From: a virus
Taxonomy: Duplodnaviria; Caudoviricetes
IMG/VR virus record: IMGVR_UViG_3300031548_000003
Coordinates: 9,521 to 73,520 of that record
DNA: 64,000 bases
Reading direction: 5' to 3' (one strand)
The translations under genes and the position numbers were made by a program. Shown in pieces: positions 40,400 to 48,136 of the stretch. How positions within the stretch are numbered: the stretch's first letter is position 1; each line of letters starts with the position of its first letter. The notes beneath the pieces were generated by a model that was given only the letters and a program-made list of their open reading frames with translations, was not told where the DNA came from and did not search any database.

Positions 40400-40577
40400 C
40401 GAACGAGACAGGATTCGAACCTGTAAACCACACATGCTATTCAGGTTTTTATGCCTGAATAATATCAGTTATTACAATCCAGTACCTTATAGGCATATGA
40501 TACTACTTAGCTGGTATCGATCTGCGGTTACAACTGTTTGCTTTTAAAATAGCGTCTACCAATTCCGCCACTCGTCC
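40400..40577 (-). tRNA. tRNA-Leu-like gene interrupted by a 90-nt insert (40458-40547)
   Basis: Acceptor GGACGAG/CTCGTTC, Leu-type D arm TGGCGGAATTGGTAGACGC, T arm ACAGG-TTCGAAT-CCTGT; 178 nt in total. Confidence 0.7.
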
Positions 40578-40581
40578 ATAA

Positions 40582-40816
40582 AAAACTAACTTGTCCATTT
40601 CCAAGTGGAATACCTGCTTTTACAACTTGCTAGTTTGGCTAACACCATAATCTGTTGATGATCATGAGGTATCTTACAATAAACATCATCCTCTTGGCAG
40701 GAATGTAACATTGGAAGCTATTTTGACACCATTAAATAGAGTTTAACTCCATATAACCGCTTCTCGGGACTAACCAATCAGTCAATGCTACTGTTTATCT
40801 TCAGCAAGTTAGTTTT
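40582..40816 (-). ncRNA. Structured element B (235 nt)
   Basis: 12-bp terminal inverted repeat aaaactaacttg / caagttagtttt; internal hairpins GACTGA/TTAGTC, GTTAG/CTAGC and a CCTGC/GCAGG helix; G-U pairs favour the minus strand. Confidence 0.55.
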
Positions 40817-40823
40817 ATGTTTT

Positions 40824-40962
40824 AAAACATTAGAACAGTAGTTTTGAGTATCCTATCCTACTTAGCTCAGAGACCTTCCAAGATACCATCAACGTTCTCG
40901 TTACCTCACGATAACTGGTTACTGTTGGATTTGAACACAACTCGCCAAGCATCTAATGTTTT
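40824..40962 (-). ncRNA. Structured element A (139 nt)
   Basis: 11-bp terminal inverted repeat aaaacattaga / tctaatgtttt; GTTATC-GTGA-GGTAAC GNRA hairpin, ACAGTA/TACTGT helix, T-loop-like TTCAAAT hairpin. Confidence 0.55.
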
Positions 40963-40963
40963 G

Positions 40964-41036
40964 TGGAACCCTGAGGAATCGAACCTCATTAGCTGAATTT
41001 TCAGTCCAGTGCATACACCACGTCTGCCAGAGTTCC
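40964..41036 (-). tRNA. trnF: tRNA-Phe(GAA)
   Basis: 73-nt cloverleaf: GGAACTC/GGGTTCC, CTGGA-CTGAAAA-TTCAG, TGAGG-TTCGATT-CCTCA. Confidence 0.9.
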
Positions 41037-41528
41037 AGAATTAAACGAGTTTAGGTATTTAAACGTTATATTTAGTTAAAAAGTTTCAGGATCAAACGAG
41101 AAAATAACCCCTTATGTTCCTCACAGTAAGCTTCATTAATATCTTTTAGTATTATTCTACAACTATTACAAATAGCTACAGGACTACCTGAGTTATATTT
41201 TATTAGGGGCTTTATTTTTCGTTTAAATTTCATCATCAAATAGTCTCATATTCCAAATCAAACGAAAAGAAATTCCTCTAAACCAATAATAACCGTCTAC
41301 TTAATTCCCTTTCAAACATCCAGTCAACACAATAACTTCCTCCCTTTTCTGCCCATATCATCTGATCCTCTCCATTTAAATAAACCCTATAAGATATATG
41401 AGGCTCATCTTCGCTATAATTTCCATGTCTACTAGAAGGTATATAAATAGTCTTCTTTTCTACTTCATATCCTAACCTATTAAGGTAGGCTACTTTTTCT
41501 TCAAACGTATAGAATAATGTAATGTGCT

Positions 41529-43304
41529 TCATATTCTTGAATGTCTAATTGGGTCTAATCCATTACAGGTGTACCCACAGTAGTCTTTATTAATTTTTAA
41601 GATTACAGGGCTATCTTTCTCCGTTTGAAATCCACCAGTCTCAACTTCCTTTATCTTGGCTACATGTACCTGTAGATTCTCCCGTTCAAAAGGATGATTA
41701 GTTAATCTGTGAAGAATTAAAAAATCATCTACCTTATTGCTTTTCATTACACCCATTTCAGTATCTCCTTTAATTGGTACTAGGATGTAACCGTCTTTAT
41801 CCTTCTTCCTGGCGGCTTCAGAGTTGATATGATCACACACCCACACTGATGAATAGTTCTCCTTGAATACTCTGAGGATGTTTAGAGAATGAATTAAATT
41901 CGAGTATCTGTCTACGTTCTTAGGGGGATCAAAACTATTCCAGGGTTCGGCTACTAACACTTCATATTGAAACCCTTCATCATGAATGATTTCTGCTTTT
42001 AACAGAAAATCCTCTAGGGTATGAAATTGTTTTGAACTTATAATCCTGAAATGTTTTTTTACGAATTCGTGAGACTTAGTTAATTCTTCGCCATCCATTA
42101 ATTTTAATGGTTTTCCGATATAAAATTCCTTCAGCTTCTTTCTTACCATTCCATCCCCGTTTTCAGCAGAATGAATTAGAATCTTCCACCCATGAAGTCT
42201 AGCAGCAAGAACAGCCAAATACCATACTAAATAGCTTTTGCCTACATTATCCAGTGCAACACACCAAACAATATGATGTTTCTTAAACATCCAATAAGGG
42301 TTTAAACCGTTCAATCCGGTGGGCAGCCCCATTTCAAGAGTTCCATTTATAACAGCTAATTCATATTCCAGCATCTCACTTTCATCAGCTAGAAAGTCAT
42401 AACTGCCATCTTCTCTTCGTAAGAATTGCTGTGACTTCTCAATCTTCTTGCTTTCTACAAGAGGTTGTGCTTTTCCATACCCTATTCCATCTAGAATAGT
42501 CTGGTGCGCTCCATCAAAATCTTTTGGCCCCTTGGCCTTTATCTCCTCATCTAGGATTTTAATAGCCTCTTCCTCATTTACTCGTCCGGTAGCTATGTAC
42601 CCACCTAAGAGTTTTGCAGCTTTTAAAAGAGTCTCATGTTTATTCCCATCATAACTAGATCTCACCATTCCTACAGCAGTAGAGATGACCTGATGAGTTC
42701 TGCGATTAGCTACTTTCTCTTTGTTCTTCTTCCTATCCTCTTCCTTCATCCGCTTGTCCCATACCAAGGCATTAGGATAGATGTAGATATTTGGGTCATA
42801 ACTTTCGTAGGTTCCTCTGGAGATGTTTCTCGAAGTGGAGTCTAACTCTGGATATCGGTCAAGGAATGCGGTATAGTAGAGGTTATGATTCTCGATGGAA
42901 GCCGGACATTTAACGAGAGCCTTTACTCCCAATCCACTAGGACCAATCCAGGCGGCATAGATATAAGGGTCATTCTTTAACTGCTCTATTTTCTGAATTA
43001 CATCACATTTGTCCCAATCAAGAACAAAGACCCCTGAATGTTCAGTTACGCAGTCATCTAACCGACAGGTATTGTAGGTTCTACCCTTCTTGGTTACTTC
43101 TTTAGGTTCTACTTTTGCAGCACTAAATACAACGAATGGTAACTCCTCTTTATCTTCATCATAATTCTCCTCTGCCCCCGCCTTTCTTCTTATTTCATTT
43201 ATCTTATCTTTTGATTTACCCTCTCTTATTCTTTCTAAAGCCCTCTCCACTGAGATATAAAGAGGATTGTTAATGTCTCCGTAATTCTTAAAAATGGTTA
43301 TCAT
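41529..43304 (-). CDS. Primase-helicase: BT4734/VirE-N-like primase domain + DnaB-like (SF4) helicase (591 aa)
   Basis: 'HSGVFVLDWD...GPSGLGVK' N-terminal domain; Walker A 'ALDNVGKS' and Walker B 'LVAEPWN'. Confidence 0.8.
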   Translation of the reverse strand: MITIFKNYGDINNPLYISVERALERIREGKSKDKINEIRRKAGAEENYDEDKEELPFVVFSAAKVEPKEVTKKGRTYNTCRLDDCVTEHSGVFVLDWDKCDVIQKIEQLKNDPYIYAAWIGPSGLGVKALVKCPASIENHNLYYTAFLDRYPELDSTSRNISRGTYESYDPNIYIYPNALVWDKRMKEEDRKKNKEKVANRRTHQVISTAVGMVRSSYDGNKHETLLKAAKLLGGYIATGRVNEEEAIKILDEEIKAKGPKDFDGAHQTILDGIGYGKAQPLVESKKIEKSQQFLRREDGSYDFLADESEMLEYELAVINGTLEMGLPTGLNGLNPYWMFKKHHIVWCVALDNVGKSYLVWYLAVLAARLHGWKILIHSAENGDGMVRKKLKEFYIGKPLKLMDGEELTKSHEFVKKHFRIISSKQFHTLEDFLLKAEIIHDEGFQYEVLVAEPWNSFDPPKNVDRYSNLIHSLNILRVFKENYSSVWVCDHINSEAARKKDKDGYILVPIKGDTEMGVMKSNKVDDFLILHRLTNHPFERENLQVHVAKIKEVETGGFQTEKDSPVILKINKDYCGYTCNGLDPIRHSRI

Positions 43305-43498
43305 TTAAACAGAGTGGTTAAATTGTACTGTTCAATCTTCCTATCAAGGGTCTTTCTTACTATGCCTAATTTCTTAGCCATTAAATTTCTGTCACTTTTA
43401 GCTGACAGAAATGCCAATTTTATCAGCCTTATTTCTAAGGATTTAATGGTTAAATCCTCTTTGTCATGTTTTACTGACAACTTTTTGTCACCTGACAT
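43301..43498 (-). CDS. Stand-alone Fis-family helix-turn-helix protein (65 aa)
   Basis: 'RNLMAKKLGIVRKTLDRKIEQY' matches the Fis-type HTH pattern. Confidence 0.6.
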   Translation of the reverse strand: MSGDKKLSVKHDKEDLTIKSLEIRLIKLAFLSAKSDRNLMAKKLGIVRKTLDRKIEQYNLTTLFK

Positions 43499-43500
43499 AT

Positions 43501-44163
43501 TTAGTTAAATTTTAGTTGTTTTGAGCCCCATTGATTAGCCATTGCTTTGGCTATTCCGGGATATGTTTTACTTCTTAGTTTAGCTCTATCCCCACTCGGG
43601 GGTAATTTCCAAATTCTCTGTTCCCTGCCTTCCACTATTTCAGTAGGTTCAAGTTCCGGTAAGCCTATAAGCCATAAGCATGTTGCTTTTGTTTCACCAT
43701 GACCAAACATCCAAGGTTGAATTATTTGAGTAGGTCTAATACCTATTATCTCCATAGCATACTTGTGCATAATGGGGTTTTCTAAAAACCCCATCCCGAC
43801 CCGCTCCACATTCGCATATAGACTTCGGAAGAATACTGCCGCATCAACCATTTTTTCAAACCTTGCGGGGTTGATATAGATTTGATATTTATCAGACCAT
43901 TCATAACCCACCTTCAAAGTTCTGCTTGCAAGCCATCTTACACCAGCATTTGTTAAATATGTACACTCAGGATGACAGCCTAGAAAATCCAAACCTATTG
44001 TGAACCGAGAGGCTGATAATACGTGAAAGCAGTCATCCTTTATATGCCATTCTTTATGGTCTCCAGAACAATCTTGAATATCATTTGAATAGAACTCATG
44101 GCCTTGTTCTCTAAATGCTTTTGTTACTTCCTGACTTTCTTCACATACGATGAGTCCTTTCAT
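43501..44163 (-). CDS. Phage DNA cytosine-C5 methyltransferase-like protein (220 aa)
   Basis: 'LIVCEESQEVTKAF', 'HPECTYL', 'LENP', 'QPWMFGHGETKATCLW', 'RSKTYPGIAKAMANQWG' family pattern. Confidence 0.65.
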   Translation of the reverse strand: MKGLIVCEESQEVTKAFREQGHEFYSNDIQDCSGDHKEWHIKDDCFHVLSASRFTIGLDFLGCHPECTYLTNAGVRWLASRTLKVGYEWSDKYQIYINPARFEKMVDAAVFFRSLYANVERVGMGFLENPIMHKYAMEIIGIRPTQIIQPWMFGHGETKATCLWLIGLPELEPTEIVEGREQRIWKLPPSGDRAKLRSKTYPGIAKAMANQWGSKQLKFN

Positions 44164-44186
44164 TATTAGTTATTTTTAGTTAAATT

Positions 44187-44235
44187 GTCAGGCGATAACC
44201 TGACTTTATTTTGTATTTATCAGGGTATAACCTGA
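44187..44235. promoter_or_regulatory. Two tandem 16-bp palindromic operator-like sites
   Basis: TCAGG-CGATAA-CCTGA (44188-44203) and TCAGG-GTATAA-CCTGA (44220-44235), upstream of the methyltransferase gene. Confidence 0.5.
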
Positions 44236-44522
44236 AAATCAAAATGACCGTCTAACTATTGATTGTATAAATACCTTCAAGACCAGTAATCATGCCTACT
44301 CTAAATAAGTTTCGTAATTGTTTCCAGGTATACGAACCTCCGTATAGACTTTTAGCATAATCCCTTACAAAGGATTTACCGACCATCAGGATAGAATTCT
44401 GTTTGTCCCCGTTTTTTGGAAGCAAATCATTCACCAGCTTTTGTAGATCCTCATAAGTTATTTTAGTGTAATCTTCAGTTGAGTCGTTCATAGTTTTGAA
44501 ATTTAAACGAGAAACAAATCTC

Positions 44523-44873
44523 CTAACCAATCATTTTCTCATAACGCTGAGGATCTAACATCTTAGTTACTTTGAGTATTTGCTCGTAGTTCAGGAGGTT
44601 CTTTATTTCGTTTGAGGCCACATTTTCCGCTAATAGGTTACAAGAAAAACAAGATCTGAACCAGTTAATAGGGTTCCAGATATACTCTGTTTTACCTGAA
44701 GACTTACAAAGTGCTTTAGGATAAATATGAGCTGTACAGGTCGCAGGTTGCCCACATCCTTCACAGCTTCCTACAGGGTCAAATAGATAGAATTCCTTAT
44801 ATGCAGCACTTAATTTTGATTTAATAACACCTTCCGAAACTTTGGTCCCATCTGAGCATTTGTAATAGTTCAT
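44523..44873 (-). CDS. Small Zn-binding HNH/NinG-like nuclease (116 aa)
   Basis: 'CEGC...TAHIYPK...N...CFSCN'. Confidence 0.4.
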   Translation of the reverse strand: MNYYKCSDGTKVSEGVIKSKLSAAYKEFYLFDPVGSCEGCGQPATCTAHIYPKALCKSSGKTEYIWNPINWFRSCFSCNLLAENVASNEIKNLLNYEQILKVTKMLDPQRYEKMIG

Positions 44874-45159
44874 CTAGGCGAGTACCAATGCCAATGTCGA
44901 GAAGATGATAGAAACAATTATAATTAAGGCATAATCGTCAATTTCAAAGTTTTTTCCGATTTTCATTTTTAGTTATTTTTAGTTATTTCCGAATTAAACG
45001 AGGAAACCTCTATGTACCAATCACAACCATTGTTATAAACAAATTGACCATATGCTTGCCAGTAATCATTAGGTATAGCTACGTATCTATAGCAGGTCTT
45101 TTTAAGAGGACATTCCTCATTTTTACACATTGATATATCAGACATAATTACCTCCTTAA

Positions 45160-45855
45160 TTAAAAGTATTCATTATAAGTAGAATCCAAGGCTCTCTTCA
45201 AAAAGAGTAATTGAAGATTAGTATCGTACCTCACGTACCAATCGTCACCGTACTGAAGTTTGTACATATTCTGTACCACTTCCCTCATCTCTTCTTTAGA
45301 TTTACCTTCCAGAACCTCAGCGGCAGTTGCTTCTGAGAAATTAGGCGGACTAGTCCAATGTGACTTATACGGGTTCTTGATTCCAGGTATATTATCAACT
45401 TTATCCCCAGTCAGGCATTGGCGGTAGAAAAAGAACTCAGGATTATTAATCACGTGAACTTGATCTTTAAATGGGTCATAGATAGTAGCCGGTAACTGGA
45501 AGAAATCTTTATCGACGGAGCAGATAATACAATCCTCATCGTGATTCATAGCAATGAGGTCATCCGCTTCTAAACCAAACGAAAAAATAGCCCCCCAATA
45601 CTTTATAAAGTACTCTCTGGCATCATGCAGATATTGAGGTTTTGATGCTGAGACTCGATTAGCTTTATAGGAAGGATCAATCTTTTTACGAAAGTTCTCT
45701 GGACCTGACAGAAAAAGAGAAATCTCCCTGGTATCCCACCTATCCATTATTCTTTCTAAGATATTCTCGCAAGCTTTTACTCCTCTATAGTACCCTTCTA
45801 CTGCAAACAGTCCTTTATACAGTACCCCGTCTAAATCAACTAGGAGTCTTACCAT
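45160..45855 (-). CDS. 5'-3' exonuclease (T7 gp6 / flap-endonuclease family) (231 aa)
   Basis: 'LVDLDG', 'YKANR', 'EADD', 'SVDKD', 'GDKVDNIPG'. Confidence 0.85.
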   Translation of the reverse strand: MVRLLVDLDGVLYKGLFAVEGYYRGVKACENILERIMDRWDTREISLFLSGPENFRKKIDPSYKANRVSASKPQYLHDAREYFIKYWGAIFSFGLEADDLIAMNHDEDCIICSVDKDFFQLPATIYDPFKDQVHVINNPEFFFYRQCLTGDKVDNIPGIKNPYKSHWTSPPNFSEATAAEVLEGKSKEEMREVVQNMYKLQYGDDWYVRYDTNLQLLFLKRALDSTYNEYF

Positions 45856-46958
45856 GATGAGACATCATCATTAGCCTCTATGCGCATGAATAATCCAGCA
45901 ACTATAAGCGTAGGACCGATTAGAATAAATGGTAAGTGAAAATTTCTAGCCTCAACAGTCCACATGGTGTCTCTTCTATACGCCGCTCTAACTAAAAAAT
46001 AGCCCCCTACTCCCATAGAAAGCCATACTAAAGCAATCAGTATAATTATCATTTTACTTTCTTTAATTCTTGAAATATGTCATAAATAGTCTCTCTATCT
46101 CCTTTTTGATATGCTACTGCTTCTCCTCCATAGATTATCCAGTTCTTAGTATGAAGAGCTACTAAGAATATCTGAGAGATAAGTAATAAGGCTAGATAGA
46201 AAGGCAGCCCCAGTATTCTTTTGATATATTTCATTGTCTTTCAATTAAATAATCTCCATTCCAACTAACTCTTTGCCCATTTCTTAAATCGACAGTAACA
46301 CATCCTATCTCTTTAGATATACTAACTACATCAGTATAAACACCTATCTTATCTCCATCATGATACATAGTGACCTGAATACAGGGAGACTTATCCCTTG
46401 AGCAGGATAATAATACCAGTAACGTTAATCGAATCATATTTAGTTAATTTTAGTTAAATCCAAACGAGAAAAGAACTCCCTATAACTCCCCATTCACCGC
46501 CGCACATATAAGGATAATGTTCTGACGAAATTCATTGAATTTACCGTAATATTCACGGGATAATGGATGCCCTAATTCATATTCACCCCAGTACCCTCTA
46601 CGAAAACCATCTTCAACATGAGACTCAAGCTCTTCTCTAGAAGGGCAGATTAGCGACCATGCTTCAGAGCTTAGCATTTCATCAGATAGATGATTACAAA
46701 GTCCATAGACATTTTTCTCTGAACCTATCCATTTGTAATAAAAATCAAGAAATGGTGTATTTTTCATATATCGAATCCTTTAAAACACCTACAATACCTT
46801 GCTTCCTCTATAAGGATATCAAATAACTCGTTATCCTTTTTAGGAAGTCCTAACCAACCAGCAGCATACTTCTCCGAATGACTACCCCATAACCAGGCGC
46901 AAGTCTCAAGATCAGTATCCACCCCACCAGAGGTCATGACTTCGTAAATCCTTTCCAC
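45849..46958 (-). other. Run of five small overlapping ORFs, including two membrane proteins and a probable lipoprotein (46231-46437)
   Basis: ATGA-type overlaps; hydrophobic segments; 'MIRLTLLVLLS-C' lipobox. Confidence 0.5.
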
Positions 46959-47019
46959 ATCAGAAAGGTACTCATGAGTAAACGGTTCTGCTTTTTGTAA
47001 GTAAACTTCATACCGCTCC

Positions 47020-47950
47020 TAACGAACACTTATCTAATTTAGTTACATCATTTTCTAAATTAGTTACAACTCAATCCTAAGCCCTAGGAGACTCTATAAT
47101 TACTGGGATGATTACAGATAGGTCTAAAATAATCTCTTCCTATAAGTCAATTCTGAGGGTATAGGAGAAAATCCTCTGTTTCTGTATAGAATTCAAGGAT
47201 TTATATAATTTTTTGTATGTGGAGTATGGTTAATCCCCTACCCACCCCCGTCTTTTTACCCTAAAGTTTGACATACCCCCTGGGATGATCAATTCCCCCT
47301 GAAAAAGCATTCTTTATTTCCATAAAACTATTGAAGTAAAGGGCTGGGATGATTACAATACCTCACCTGACACCTCACCTGATTAGGGTAATACCTCATT
47401 TTTGATATTGAAAAGGCTGTTTTTATTAGTCCTGTCAGGACTGCGATAACATTCAGTAGTCAAGTACGAAAGTATTCGTAGATAATAGATTATTACTCTA
47501 CTCTTTGGATTAATAGAGGCTATTAAACAATTAAACTAATTATTGATGAAACTTTATTGATCAAGCAAACTAATCACTAATAAACTATTAATTATTCAGT
47601 AGATTATTTGGATAGTTCCCGATAAAACACAAAGAATATTCTGAATTAATGTAATTAGGCATTATACTAACTCAAACAAGAGCTTTTTAAGCTTAAATTG
47701 GAATATTTACCCCACACTACAACGCGCCCGCAAACCTTTCTCTTCTCTCTTAGTGTAATTGCTTTTATAGGTAATTTGATATATGGGTTTAGGGGGTTTG
47801 TTTCTCGTTTGATTTTGAAAATAGTCTTTTTTATTATTTAAGGGGATTCTTTTCTCGTTTGATTCCCAAATTGAGACTAACTAAATATTTAAATTATTTT
47901 TAGGTAATCCCTTGACTTTTAACCTAAATTAGGTATCTTTATATCATAAT
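47020..47950. other. Non-coding divergence region between the leftward and rightward gene blocks
   Basis: No substantial ORFs; direct repeats ctgggatgattaca (47103, 47344) and acctcacctga (47360, 47372); two copies of the dispersed motif. Confidence 0.6.
47912..47941 (+). promoter_or_regulatory. Host-type (Bacteroidota sigma-A) early promoter
   Basis: TTGACT-N16-TATCTTTA resembles the -33 TTG / -7 TAnnTTTG consensus; 10 nt upstream of the first rightward ORF. Confidence 0.55.
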
Positions 47951-47951
47951 A

Positions 47952-48125
47952 ATGAATACGAATATGACAACATACAAAAACATTCTAATTGGGCTGTTAG
48001 TTTTAGCGATTGGTTTAAGTATCATAGCCGGAGGCGATATTGTAGCAACAATTCTAGTTGGGCTAGTATTAACCATAGCAATGATTGCTAGGTTTACAAT
48101 GTACAATAATATTAAAAACGACTAA
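47952..48125 (+). CDS. First early gene: small two-helix membrane protein (57 aa), absent from the ORF track
   Basis: Translated by hand: MNTNMTTYKNILIGLLVLAIGLSIIAGGDIVATILVGLVLTIAMIARFTMYNNIKND*. Confidence 0.55.
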   Translation: MNTNMTTYKNILIGLLVLAIGLSIIAGGDIVATILVGLVLTIAMIARFTMYNNIKND

Positions 48126-48136
48126 ATACAATAATT

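Noticed and set aside
40400-40577. tmRNA or a group I intron-containing tRNA
   Set aside because: It has a full Leu-type D arm, no G3-U70 pair and is too short for tmRNA. The 90-nt insert is too short for a group I core and shows no P7 motif.
40924-40941. A fourth tRNA suggested by a TTCAAAT T-loop-like hairpin
   Set aside because: No matching acceptor, D or anticodon arms; treated as part of element A.
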